NCBI GenBank assembly: GCA_040878325.1
Contig: JBBDMM010000012.1
Span: forward strand, 1-64,000
From: Acidimicrobiia bacterium
Lineage (GTDB): Bacteria; Actinomycetota; Acidimicrobiia; Spongiisociales; UBA11373
Direction: 5' to 3'
DNA: 64,000 bases
Shown here: positions 9,628 to 18,866 of the stretch, in pieces
How the letters are laid out: each line of letters starts with the position of its first letter
Position numbering within the stretch: position 1 is the stretch's first letter
Program-made: the position numbers and the translations under genes
Notes under the pieces: generated by a model
The model's database searches: none
Seen by the model: the letters and a program-made list of their open reading frames with translations, nothing else
Told to the model about the DNA's origin: nothing

Positions 9628-9642
9628 CGTCACAGTGACGTA
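9628..9642. promoter_or_regulatory. Second copy of the palindrome (CGTCAC-A-GTGACGTA)
   Basis: Exact reverse complement of 9234-9248. Confidence 0.55.
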
Positions 9643-9683
9643 ATTGGATTGTCGGAGACGCGCCGAGGGTATGGAGCCGTTGG

Positions 9684-10007
9684 ATGACACGGAACCGCCA
9701 CCACATCTACGAGGCGATCGTTCTCCGCCTGCGCAACGTCGACCCGAGGGTGTCGACTACCACCACCGAAGGTCTGCCCGGGCTCGCCGTTCAGGGGGCG
9801 TTCTTCGCCGGGTTCGATCCGGAGGATGGCTCGCTGGTCGTCAAGCTGCCAGAGCAGCGGGTGGCGTCACTGGTCGTCGCCGGCGTGGGGCACGAGGTCG
9901 CCCCTGGTGGCCGGATACACGGGGACTGGGTGGGTATCGACGATCCGGTTCGCTGGGACGGGTTCGCCGATGAGGCCCTGTCATTCGTGGCCAACACCGC
10001 CGCCTGA
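9684..10007 (+). CDS. Hypothetical protein, TfoX/YjbR-like fold suspected
   Basis: GLAVQGAFFA...LVVKLP..RV..LV..GVG...W....EAL.FV pattern. Confidence 0.6.
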   Translation: MTRNRHHIYEAIVLRLRNVDPRVSTTTTEGLPGLAVQGAFFAGFDPEDGSLVVKLPEQRVASLVVAGVGHEVAPGGRIHGDWVGIDDPVRWDGFADEALSFVANTAA

Positions 10008-10009
10008 TG

Positions 10010-10037
10010 CAGTCACCGGTCTCCAGTCACCAGCAGG
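10010..10037. repeat. Heptamer tandem array
   Basis: CAGTCAC CGGTCTC CAGTCAC CAGCAGG; near reverse complement of 11023-11050. Confidence 0.6.
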
Positions 10038-10047
10038 ACAATCAACC

Positions 10048-10075
10048 CACGCCCATAATCCACGTTATGTAAAGT
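10048..10075 (+). other. dif: dif site (XerCD chromosome dimer resolution)
   Basis: CACGCCCATAA-TCCACG-TTATGTAAAGT has the 11-6-11 layout, intergenic and AT-rich; gene orientation flips around it; xerD lies in the window. Confidence 0.85.
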
Positions 10076-10120
10076 TGGGCTGAATACTCGGATTGAGTCC
10101 CACAACGGGTCGGCCTGCCC

Positions 10121-10483
10121 CTATCCCCCGGGAGAGAGGAACTCGAGGCGGTTCCCGAAGGGGTCGTATGCATAGAAGCGGTCGAATCCCGGAAGCGGCT
10201 GGTCCTCCACCGTGTCGACGCCATTATCGGCGAGATGCCTGCGTACCCGGGCTAGGTCGCTTACCACGAAGGCAGGGTGGGCCTTCTTGGCTGGCCTGAA
10301 GTCCGGTTCCACTCCGAGGTGAATCCTCACCGTGGCCGTCTCGAACCAGCACCCGCCCCGCCCTGCCAGGTTCGCCGGCTTCGGCACCTGCGGGATCCCC
10401 AGAACCCCTTCATAGAACGCAACGGCCTCAGCCTCCCCACCGGCCGGCATCGCCAACTGAACATGGTGGAGACCCTCGATCAT
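10121..10483 (-). CDS. VOC/glyoxalase family protein
   Basis: LHHVQL...FYEGVLG...AHPAF...DPFGNRLEF. Confidence 0.88.
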   Translation of the reverse strand: MIEGLHHVQLAMPAGGEAEAVAFYEGVLGIPQVPKPANLAGRGGCWFETATVRIHLGVEPDFRPAKKAHPAFVVSDLARVRRHLADNGVDTVEDQPLPGFDRFYAYDPFGNRLEFLSPGG

Positions 10484-10528
10484 CTCCGAAGTATCACGGA
10501 GGCCAAGTCGTCGTGCGCCACGGCCGCC

Positions 10529-10897
10529 TCAGTTGCCCGGCTCGAAGAGCTCGATCACGTTCCCGGCCGGGTCCTCCACCAGGATCTGGCGACCACCGCC
10601 CCCCACCACGAGGTCCCCGCGAAATGTCACGCCCTGGTCGCGCAACATGGACACCAGGCCGTCGAGATCGGCCGTCTGGATCTGGAAGCGGTTCCAGCCG
10701 CCCGGAGCGGGTTTGCCGCCAGCTGTGCCGGCTCCGCCGGCTCCGGGGGCGTTGAGAAGCAGGACCAAGTCGTCACGACGGAGGGCTGCGAACCCGGGGG
10801 CGGGATGCATGGTCACTGCGAAGCCGAGTCGATCCCGGTAGAACTCGATCGCCTCGTCGACGTCATCGACGATGTAGCGGATGCTTGTACTCATCAT
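10529..10897 (-). CDS. VOC/glyoxalase family protein
   Basis: IRYIVDDVDEAIEFY...PGGWNRFQI...EDPAGNVIELF. Confidence 0.88.
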   Translation of the reverse strand: MMSTSIRYIVDDVDEAIEFYRDRLGFAVTMHPAPGFAALRRDDLVLLLNAPGAGGAGTAGGKPAPGGWNRFQIQTADLDGLVSMLRDQGVTFRGDLVVGGGGRQILVEDPAGNVIELFEPGN

Positions 10898-10985
10898 GTC
10901 CCCCCTCATGGGTGCTGGGTAGTCCAGGATTCTGGCCCCAGACGCTGATGTTCGCACTCGGCCACGCCCGAAGCGGAGGGCGAGC

Positions 10986-11050
10986 GGTCGGGAGGTCGGG
11001 AGGTCGGGAGGCGGGAGGCCTTCCTGCTGGAGGCTGGTGACTGGGGACTG
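10986..11050. repeat. Octamer plus heptamer tandem arrays
   Basis: (GGTCGGGA)3 then CCTGCTG GAGGCTG GTGACTG GGGACTG. Confidence 0.6.
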
Positions 11051-11057
11051 GTCCCGC

Positions 11058-12284
11058 CTACTCCCCCATCGCATCGGTAGGCGACCGCTCCTCCGGCGAG
11101 TCCTTGAGTAGCGATCCCCGGGTGACCGCCGGCCGGCCGAAGCGCTCCCGGGCGCGGTCGATCGCCGCGTCGAGGTCCCGGGCGCGGAGGTGGGCAGTGG
11201 ATCCCGAGGTGGTGACTTGCTCCTCTCCCAGCGGAAGCACGAGCTGGAGGTGGGGCGCCTCCTCGAGGTGCGAGACGGAGAGTCCCACCAGGGTGATCCG
11301 ACGTGACGGGGCCCGCTCGGCGATCAGCGTGTCGACCAGTTCCACCGCACAGTGGAATATGGCGGAGGTCTCGGCGATCGGACCGGGGAGGACCCTCGCC
11401 CGGGTGAGAGCGGTCATGTCGTCGAGGCGCACCCGCACCGTCACCCGCCTCCCGGCCGTTTGCTTGCGGCGCAGGCGGGCGCCGACCCGGTCGGCGAGCG
11501 CCAGCAGGGTGGTGTGCCGCCGGTCGGGCTCGGTGGAGTCCCCGGCGCTCTGTGCCCCCACCGACCCGGCCTGGCGGTCGGTCTCGACCCGACGGCCGTC
11601 GTCGTTGCGGGAGCGGCGCCACAGGTCGTCGCCCCACGCCTCCCCGAACCACTCGATCACGGAGCCTCGCGGCATGGCCCGCAGCTCTCCGATGGTGCGG
11701 ACCCCGTAGCGGGCGAGACGCTCCTCCCCCACCGGGCCGACCCCCCAGATCATCGCGACCGGCAGCGGGTCGAGGAATCGCTCCTCATCGCCGGCGGGCA
11801 CCACCACCAAGCCGTCGGGCTTGGCCACCCGGCTGGCGATCTTGGCCAGGTGCTTGGTGGTGGCCACTCCCACCGATATGGGCAGGCTGACTTCGGCACG
11901 CACCCGGGCGCGGAGTTGGCGTCCGATCTCGTCGGGCGGGCCGAACAGGTGGACGCTGCCGGCGACGTCGAGGAACGCCTCGTCGATCGAGATCGGCTCG
12001 ACCAGCGGGGTGAACGCGTCGAAGATCTCCCGCACTGCCTTGCTTGCCTCGACGTAGGCCTCGAAGCGGGGCGGGACCACGATCAGGCCGGGGCACCGCC
12101 GTTTCGCCTCGACTCCGCCGATCGGGGTGGAAACCCCCTGCCGCTTCGCCTCGTAGGTGGCGGCGAGGATCACTCCCCCGCCTACCGCCACCGGCTTCCC
12201 CTTCAGTGTCGGGTCGTCCCGCACCTCGACCGAGGCGTAGAAGGAGTCGAGGTCGGCATGAAGGATGGTGGCCACGCTGCGCAC
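11058..12284 (-). CDS. dinB: DNA polymerase IV
   Basis: ILHADLDSFYASVE, ATYEAK, SIDEAFLD, KPDG, WGVG. Confidence 0.95.
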   Translation of the reverse strand: MRSVATILHADLDSFYASVEVRDDPTLKGKPVAVGGGVILAATYEAKRQGVSTPIGGVEAKRRCPGLIVVPPRFEAYVEASKAVREIFDAFTPLVEPISIDEAFLDVAGSVHLFGPPDEIGRQLRARVRAEVSLPISVGVATTKHLAKIASRVAKPDGLVVVPAGDEERFLDPLPVAMIWGVGPVGEERLARYGVRTIGELRAMPRGSVIEWFGEAWGDDLWRRSRNDDGRRVETDRQAGSVGAQSAGDSTEPDRRHTTLLALADRVGARLRRKQTAGRRVTVRVRLDDMTALTRARVLPGPIAETSAIFHCAVELVDTLIAERAPSRRITLVGLSVSHLEEAPHLQLVLPLGEEQVTTSGSTAHLRARDLDAAIDRARERFGRPAVTRGSLLKDSPEERSPTDAMGE

Positions 12285-12290
12285 TCTTCC

Positions 12291-12312
12291 ATTGTGTCAA
12301 CCATCAGCGACA
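12291..12312 (-). promoter_or_regulatory. PafBC/RecA-NDp-type leaderless promoter of dinB
   Basis: TGTCGC-N10-CACAAT, then 6 nt to GTG; lies within inverted repeat TTGTGTC-N10-GACACAA. Confidence 0.55.
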
Positions 12313-12329
12313 CAAATGGCGCTAAAGGG

Positions 12330-12818
12330 TCAGACCTTTTTCATCTTCCCGGCGGCGCGACCCCACTCCCACCCGGACATCTCGGGCGGCTCGATGCCCA
12401 GGGTGGTGAGGATCGTGGCCACCTGGCTGCGGTGCTCGGTGCCGTGGTTGAACATCTGGGCGAGGATGACCACCGGCTCGACGTCGTACTGCTGCTGGGT
12501 GCCCACCCGGATGGGGTCGTCGCTGACCGACCCGGCGACCCCGACGAAGGTGGCGCCGGTCGCCTGTGCCAGTTCGGCGAGGCGGTCGAATCCCGGCCAT
12601 GGGTCGTCCCATTTGAGCTTGTCGACCGAATCCGGCGCCAGCCGGTTGGCGTAGCTGGTCTCTGACGAGACGATGTGCTGCAGCGTCGACCGGATCGAGC
12701 CGTAGACCCCCTCGACGGTGGCATCGAGGTGCTCGTCCGGGAGTCCGCGACATGCGTCGATGAGCGTCGTGTTGGCCCACTGGTTCTGGCGGAAGAATTC
12801 TGCGATGGGTTCAGGCAT
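12330..12818 (-). CDS. DinB/YfiT superfamily protein
   Basis: N.WAN..L, GSIRSTLQHI, QMFNHGTEHRSQ. Confidence 0.85.
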   Translation of the reverse strand: MPEPIAEFFRQNQWANTTLIDACRGLPDEHLDATVEGVYGSIRSTLQHIVSSETSYANRLAPDSVDKLKWDDPWPGFDRLAELAQATGATFVGVAGSVSDDPIRVGTQQQYDVEPVVILAQMFNHGTEHRSQVATILTTLGIEPPEMSGWEWGRAAGKMKKV

Positions 12819-12905
12819 GGGATGAGGATACGGGTTTGGCTCTGATTCGGCGTCTGCGTTTGTCAGGGGTCGGCTAGGGAACCAGAAGGGATCAGTCCGA
12901 TTCGC

Positions 12906-13424
12906 CTAATCGAGCCCGATCTCGAGGGTCATGGGAACGGCTCGCTGCACGGCGTCCGATACGGGGCAGTGGAGAAACGCCCACTTGACGATCCCGTCGA
13001 GTTCCTCCGGCGAGGTGCCCACGGACGAGATCCGCACATGGACGCGAACGCTCAACGGGCCCGCCGGCACGGCGTCCTCGAGTCCGAGAATGCCGCGATC
13101 GTCCGACTCCGAGTCCACGGTCACTTCCAACGTCGAGAGGTCGATCTCCTTCACCGCTGCCCGCATCGCGATGAGAGTTGCCACACAACTAGAGATCGCG
13201 GCCCTGAGCATCCACCCCGGAGATGGGGCGGCGTCTCCACCTCCAACGCTTCGGGGCATGTCGGTGACCAATGTTTCCCCAGCGGCACCAGTCACGGTGG
13301 TACGGAGGCCGTCGGCGACTGCCCTCGCAACACTGTCCGTGTACCGGGCCTCATCGGGATGGGCAGATAGGTACTCGCTTGCAGCGGCTATCGAATCCCG
13401 AATGCTCTCGTCCACCAGCCTCAC
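12906..13424 (-). CDS. OsmC family protein
   Basis: TDMPRSVGG..APSPG...AISSC and HCPVSD. Confidence 0.85.
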   Translation of the reverse strand: MRLVDESIRDSIAAASEYLSAHPDEARYTDSVARAVADGLRTTVTGAAGETLVTDMPRSVGGGDAAPSPGWMLRAAISSCVATLIAMRAAVKEIDLSTLEVTVDSESDDRGILGLEDAVPAGPLSVRVHVRISSVGTSPEELDGIVKWAFLHCPVSDAVQRAVPMTLEIGLD

Positions 13425-13522
13425 TCCCCTTCCCGAAGATCAGGAGGTTGGACCCTAGGCGCGAAACTGTTGAGTGTCCGACTCTGTGTACCGAGGTCGA
13501 GGAGCGCTCCGCGTTGGGACGT

Positions 13523-14305
13523 CTACCGGTGTTCGCCAACGAGGCGATCGATCTCGTACCGCATCGCGGTGACGGTCCTCCTGGCTGCCTGACGGTCATC
13601 CCAGCTACCTAACCCGCCCCCGACGTACAGGTCACGGGCCCGGGCGAGTGGCTCGCTCACCTCGGGCGCAAGTCGGCCGATCGCCCATTCAGCCGCGTCG
13701 GTCTTCGACATGATGCGACCAGTCACCGTCGTTACCCAGACGCGCGCAAACGTGAGAGTGACGTTCCTGGTGTCCTGCTCCAGGTCGTCGAGGAGTGCAG
13801 GCAACTCATCGGTCATAGCCCTGATGAGATCGCCACTGGGCACCGGATCGAGGAGTTCTCGGGGAGGCGGACCCTCGATTGCCCTCCCCGATTCACGCAC
13901 CATGGTCACCACGACCGCGAGGTCGGGAGATGCCGACGGAGCGAGACTCACATCGTCCGCAAGGAATCGTTCGCGCAACCATTCACCGTATTGAAGATCC
14001 ATGAGTGGTGGGTACTTCCACGGCCGGATATCGCTTTGCGCTACGACCGTCACCTCGAGTGGCCGCCAATCGGGCGAACGTGTTGCGCGCCCCGATATCG
14101 GCATCAGGCGATCGATCAAGCCGCGCTTCTCGTCCCGAGTGAGCCGTCGGCTTGTCACGACCAGTAGGTCGAGGTCGCTGTCGGGCTTCAGACCGCCGGC
14201 CACCGCCGAGCCGTAGAGGTAGATCCCGAGATTGTCGGCAACCGGGATGGACGCGCGCACCGCTTCGACAGCCGCAGCGATCTGGTCGTCGACGGGATCG
14301 TTCAT
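13523..14305 (-). CDS. Aminoglycoside adenylyltransferase family (AadA/ANT(9)-like)
   Basis: YLYGSAVAGGLKPDSDLDLLV, RPLEVTVV, PWKYP, QYGEWLR, DTRNVTLTFARVW. Confidence 0.85.
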   Translation of the reverse strand: MNDPVDDQIAAAVEAVRASIPVADNLGIYLYGSAVAGGLKPDSDLDLLVVTSRRLTRDEKRGLIDRLMPISGRATRSPDWRPLEVTVVAQSDIRPWKYPPLMDLQYGEWLRERFLADDVSLAPSASPDLAVVVTMVRESGRAIEGPPPRELLDPVPSGDLIRAMTDELPALLDDLEQDTRNVTLTFARVWVTTVTGRIMSKTDAAEWAIGRLAPEVSEPLARARDLYVGGGLGSWDDRQAARRTVTAMRYEIDRLVGEHR

Positions 14306-14384
14306 CCCGGCGATCCTAGGAAACTCCAGTTCGGAGCCCCCGCCGGGCGCTACCGATTCGCCGATGTGCCGACGTGTGAATTGG

Positions 14385-15374
14385 TCAGGGGTCGCAGAGC
14401 GAACTGAAAGGGGTCAGTTGGATCGCGTCCTCGACGCCGGTGAGGGCACCCTGTTCGATGGACAGGCGGAGGGAGGTCGGGCCATCGATCGGGCCATCAC
14501 ATCTCCGGATGGCCTCCAGGATCTCTTGGAACGCCTCGGGCCAGTGGAGTTCGTACCTCGCCTTCTCTTCACCCCCCGTCTCGATCCCGATCTCGAGCCC
14601 TGGACTCGATGCGGGGACCCGCATCGGCACCGATATGAGTTCGCCCTCCACGGCTGCGCTCCCGCTGATTCCGAGATCCCCCAGTCCGGCGTCGACGATC
14701 ACGGTGACGTCGTCGCGACGTAGGCCCGCGTCCATCTCAACCCGTAGCGTGACTTGATACTCGGCCTCGGGCGTCCCCCATGGCGCTTCGGCCTCGCACA
14801 GCCGGTAGATAGCCCCCGAAGGCTCGTCGAGCGGCGCCTGACCGTATCGAAGCCCGCCACTGGTGAACACGTGCGGCACCGCCACCTCGTTGGGGAGCGC
14901 CGCGCTAAGGATGAAGCCCGACGGATCGACGGGAACAAACCTCGCCGAAACGGCTGTGGAGTCCTCCCCCTGCTCCTCGATCGTCCCGACGCACACATGA
15001 CGAATCGCCGGTTCGCGAACCTGGCCGAACAAGACCCTCGTAAGCCTCAAATCGCATCCCGGGTTCTGCTCAGTCGGGGGCCGAGCCAGCCACCCGCACT
15101 CGGTCGTCGCAGCCAGGACCCTCTCCCCGTCGAAGCAACTCCGCTCGACCGTGCTTTGGAGGCCAGCCTGGTGGATGGCGACCGCCAGACAGCCACCTCC
15201 TTCGTCGTGCAGTTCAAACGTTGTCTCGCCAACATCCATTGCCAGTACGACGGGATCAGTGGTGGGCTCAGCAGGTTCCGGCCGCCCCATGAGCTGGTCC
15301 GCATGCCCGCGGCCGCACGCCACGAGCAGCAGTCCGGCGGCGAGGATCAAGACAATGGGAGTTCGGACACTCAT
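14385..15374 (-). CDS. Cys-rich hypothetical lipoprotein
   Basis: Signal peptide with LVAC lipobox. Confidence 0.65.
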   Translation of the reverse strand: MSVRTPIVLILAAGLLLVACGRGHADQLMGRPEPAEPTTDPVVLAMDVGETTFELHDEGGGCLAVAIHQAGLQSTVERSCFDGERVLAATTECGWLARPPTEQNPGCDLRLTRVLFGQVREPAIRHVCVGTIEEQGEDSTAVSARFVPVDPSGFILSAALPNEVAVPHVFTSGGLRYGQAPLDEPSGAIYRLCEAEAPWGTPEAEYQVTLRVEMDAGLRRDDVTVIVDAGLGDLGISGSAAVEGELISVPMRVPASSPGLEIGIETGGEEKARYELHWPEAFQEILEAIRRCDGPIDGPTSLRLSIEQGALTGVEDAIQLTPFSSLCDP

Positions 15375-15516
15375 CAGTCAGGAGTTTGCCATCGGAACGC
15401 CCGTGGCGAGGGTCGTGCCATCCCTTGGGCCCGACGACGGCCCTGGGTCGCCGTCGCCATGACAACCGACGGGTCCTCGGCCGTCTTGGGCAGGGCGTTG
15501 CCTACCCTATCTATCA

Positions 15517-17253
15517 GTGGAAGCGCCGCGTATCCTCTCGGATCGTTACGCCCTCATCTCTCATCTCGCTCGTGGCGGGATGGCCGACGTGTGGATTGCC
15601 GAGGACCGCGTCCTGGAACGCCGGGTCGCGGTCAAGATCCTGCATCGGCAGTTCGCCGAGGATCCGGGGTTTGTGGAACGTTTTCGGCGCGAGGCGCAAG
15701 CCGCTGCTGCCCTGTCCCACCCCAACATCGTCGCTGTCCACGACTGGGGTCAGGACGGTGACACCTACTTCATGGTCATGGAATTCGTCGAGGGCCGGGA
15801 CTTGCGCACCGTCATTGGTAGCGAAGGCGCCCTCGCGTCGCAACGCGTGGCCGAGATCGGATCTGCCGTCGGCATGGCGTTGTCGGTGGCCCACAACCAG
15901 GGGCTGGTGCACCGTGACATCAAGCCGGCCAATGTGCTGCTCACCCCCGAGGGTGCGGTCAAGGTGGCCGATTTCGGCATCGCCCGGGCCCTGGATGACT
16001 CCGACCAGCTGACCCAGGCCGGAGCGGTCATCGGCACCGCCGCCTACTTCTCTCCCGAGCAGGCCCAGGGACATCCGGCAGATCTTCGCAGCGACGTCTA
16101 CTCACTGGGCGTCGTCCTGTACGAGCTGGTCACCGGTTCACCCCCTTTCTCCGGCGAGACCCCCCTCGCCACCGCCATCCAGCACATACAGCGGCTCCCC
16201 GAACGACCCTCGCGGCTCAAGCCGGACGTCCCGCCGGGGCTCGAGGCCATCGTCCTCAAGGCGATGGCTAAGGCCCCCGCCGACCGCTACCAGAGCGCCG
16301 CCGAGATGGTGGAGGACCTCGACCGGCTGCGAGCCGGCGAGACACCCCAGGCTGCTCTCCTCAACGAGGCACCCACTGAGGCGATGTCGCCGGTGCTCGG
16401 CCTCCCCTCCATGCCGACCGAGGCTCAGGAATCGCACGATCCTCCGCCGCCAGCCCACCGAGCGGTGGTGGGTGCTGCGCCGCGTACCTTCAAGCGCACC
16501 AACGCCCGCACCGTCGGGATGATCGCCGCCGCGGCGCTAGTGCTCATCGGGATCTTCCTCGCGGTGCGCGCTGACAAACCCGGGGGCGAAGGGGCACTGG
16601 TCCCGGAACAGGGTGCGGTGGCGACCACCGGCGCCCCCGATCCGGGGGTCTCGACCGTGCCGAACGTGGCGGACACGACCATCGCCTCCTCGGGTCGGAT
16701 GACCCTGTACCTGCATCACGACCCGACGCCGCCCATCGGGAGTACCGACGCTGAGCAGCGGCTGCCCATGGACAGCACGTCGCCCACTGCCACCACCCTG
16801 CACAACTACGACGCCGACCGGGACGACTTACCCGGGCTATTGATCAAGAAGGGCGGGAGCGAAGACCGCTACAGCTTCCCCGGCGGGAACTTCCAGAACT
16901 GGCGGTATACGGTTCCGCCGGGAGGGCTGGTGCTGGCGGGCAACGTCGAGGTGACGCTCTTCTCGGCCATGAAGGACTTCACGACTGACAAGCGCGGGCA
17001 CATCCAGGTATTCCTGCGGGACTGCACGGGCAACTCCTGCACGACCATCGTCTCGGGTTCCCTGGACCGGGGCCAGTGGAACGACGCTTCAGGGTGGAGC
17101 GAGGACACGATCGTCCTGTCGGACGTGAACTACACAGTCGCCGCCGGACGACAACTGGAGTTGAAGATCTTTGTGGACGACGACTCCGACGACGACATGT
17201 GGTTCGCCTACGACACCACCACCCACCAGGCCCGGCTGGCCTGGACTGACTGA
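15517..17253 (+). CDS. Membrane Ser/Thr protein kinase (PknB-like kinase domain, non-PASTA ectodomain)
   Basis: GGMADV, VAVK, HRDIKPAN, DFGIAR, SPEQ; one TM segment; beta-rich C-terminal domain. Confidence 0.92.
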   Translation: MEAPRILSDRYALISHLARGGMADVWIAEDRVLERRVAVKILHRQFAEDPGFVERFRREAQAAAALSHPNIVAVHDWGQDGDTYFMVMEFVEGRDLRTVIGSEGALASQRVAEIGSAVGMALSVAHNQGLVHRDIKPANVLLTPEGAVKVADFGIARALDDSDQLTQAGAVIGTAAYFSPEQAQGHPADLRSDVYSLGVVLYELVTGSPPFSGETPLATAIQHIQRLPERPSRLKPDVPPGLEAIVLKAMAKAPADRYQSAAEMVEDLDRLRAGETPQAALLNEAPTEAMSPVLGLPSMPTEAQESHDPPPPAHRAVVGAAPRTFKRTNARTVGMIAAAALVLIGIFLAVRADKPGGEGALVPEQGAVATTGAPDPGVSTVPNVADTTIASSGRMTLYLHHDPTPPIGSTDAEQRLPMDSTSPTATTLHNYDADRDDLPGLLIKKGGSEDRYSFPGGNFQNWRYTVPPGGLVLAGNVEVTLFSAMKDFTTDKRGHIQVFLRDCTGNSCTTIVSGSLDRGQWNDASGWSEDTIVLSDVNYTVAAGRQLELKIFVDDDSDDDMWFAYDTTTHQARLAWTD

Positions 17254-17319
17254 CAGCGCGCCTTCAGGAGATAGACCGCTGGCGAGGTAAGAGGCACTTC
17301 GGCACCCCTGACTTCGCCG

Positions 17320-18102
17320 CTACTCCACCAGGTCGATCGTGCCGTCTCGGCGGCCGGATTCGGCGAAGGTCTTGAATGCCACCAGGGCGGCCAGGAACCA
17401 TCCTGCGCCGATCGCCAACTCGAGGCCGAACTGGCGCATTGCCTCCACTGACGGGCCGCTCTCGAGCACAGAGCGCACCCCGAGCAGGCCGTGGTGGAGG
17501 GGAAGGAAGTCGGCCAGGGTCTGCACCCACTGCGGGAACACCTCGCTGGGCACGTTGACACCGCCGATGGCGACGATTCCCCAGAAGACGATGTTGAACA
17601 GGATGTTGCCGATGCGGGGGCGACGGATGGCACACGCCGCCAGGAAGAGGCCGAGCCCGTACGAGCCCAGGGAGACCACCAGCAACGCGGGTGGCAGCCA
17701 CCACCACTGGCCGTCGAATCCGAGGAACGGTGCGAGCAGGGCGAAGATCAGCGTCCCCTCCCCCACTCCCTGGGCGATGTAGAACGACGACCTTCCGGCG
17801 AACACCGGCAGCATCGACCGGGGCGCCGCCACCAGCAACGGGAGGGTCCCCAGGCCGCGTTCCCAGGCGGTGTCGGGGCCGACCGCCATCCCGTGGAGCG
17901 CCGGCATCGCCGCCACGTTGCCGATGAAGGCGAACATGATCAGCGCGGGGCTGTCGAGCAGCAGGCCCATCGCTGCGAAGAAGAGCACCTGGGCGGTGGC
18001 CCGCACCATCCAGCCGAACATCCACGACGCCCAGGTGTACTGGGCTTTGGTGTCCTCGAACCCCACCAGGGCGGCATGAGCGGTGACGCGGAGTGCGCTC
18101 AT
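17320..18102 (-). CDS. ABC-2 type permease
   Basis: Hydrophobic; ERGLGTLPLLVAAP; LPLHHG. Confidence 0.85.
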   Translation of the reverse strand: MSALRVTAHAALVGFEDTKAQYTWASWMFGWMVRATAQVLFFAAMGLLLDSPALIMFAFIGNVAAMPALHGMAVGPDTAWERGLGTLPLLVAAPRSMLPVFAGRSSFYIAQGVGEGTLIFALLAPFLGFDGQWWWLPPALLVVSLGSYGLGLFLAACAIRRPRIGNILFNIVFWGIVAIGGVNVPSEVFPQWVQTLADFLPLHHGLLGVRSVLESGPSVEAMRQFGLELAIGAGWFLAALVAFKTFAESGRRDGTIDLVE

Positions 18103-18866
18103 TGGACCGAGATCTCCCCGGTGATCCGCACCCGGCGCATCACCACCCGGATCAGCCGATTCGCCACCACGAAGCCGGCGAGTCCCAGTCCGGCGAGGAT
18201 CACCAGCCGGCCGGGGACTCCCTCGATCGTCGGTTGGGTGATCCCGTCGCGGACCAGGTCGCTCCCCCACGACAGGAACACCGCCCGGCCCAGCGGTTGC
18301 ACCCACACCGGGAGCAGCGCCAGTGGCACGAAGACCCCGCCCAGCAGCAGGAACGGATATGACGCCGAGCTCTGCAGGGTGTTGGCCGCCCGGCTGAGGA
18401 TCGTCATAGAGGTGATGATCGCCGCGGTGCCGGTGGTGCCGACCACGATGAGGACCATCGTCACCGCCAGCAGCCACGGGTGCTGCACATCGATCTGAAT
18501 CCCGTAGGTGAGCCAGGCGGTGGCCAGAGCGATCGGGATCACGCTCAGGGCCAGAGTCATCACCGCCGCCACCCGGGCGGGCACCACGATCCCGTATGGG
18601 GTGGGGGCGGCGGCGTGGAGCTCGAGGCGCCCTTGCCACCGATCGTCGCGCACCACCGAGCCGCCGGTCCACACCCCGGTGTTCCACATGGTGATGAGCG
18701 TCGGGGCGATGATGGCGTAGGCGACCAGGTCGGGGCGGTCGAAGGCGTTCACCACCGAGAGGAAGAGGATGGTCTGGGCCGGGGTGGTCAGCTGGGCCAT
18801 CCAGAAGTTAGGGGTGCGGAACGCCAGGCCCAACTGCATCCGAAAGGCGGCGATCGCCGCTCTCAC
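18099..18866 (-). CDS. ABC-2 type permease
   Basis: DRWQGRLEL; GGVFVPLALLPVW. Confidence 0.85.
   Translation of the reverse strand: MRAAIAAFRMQLGLAFRTPNFWMAQLTTPAQTILFLSVVNAFDRPDLVAYAIIAPTLITMWNTGVWTGGSVVRDDRWQGRLELHAAAPTPYGIVVPARVAAVMTLALSVIPIALATAWLTYGIQIDVQHPWLLAVTMVLIVVGTTGTAAIITSMTILSRAANTLQSSASYPFLLLGGVFVPLALLPVWVQPLGRAVFLSWGSDLVRDGITQPTIEGVPGRLVILAGLGLAGFVVANRLIRVVMRRVRITGEISVQ

Noticed and set aside
11058..12818. dinB next to a DinB-family gene
   Set aside because: Name coincidence; Pol IV and DinB/YfiT proteins are unrelated folds
10076..17300. Possible Xer-integrated element (IMEX) beside dif
   Set aside because: No second dif-like site and no phage or replication genes seen
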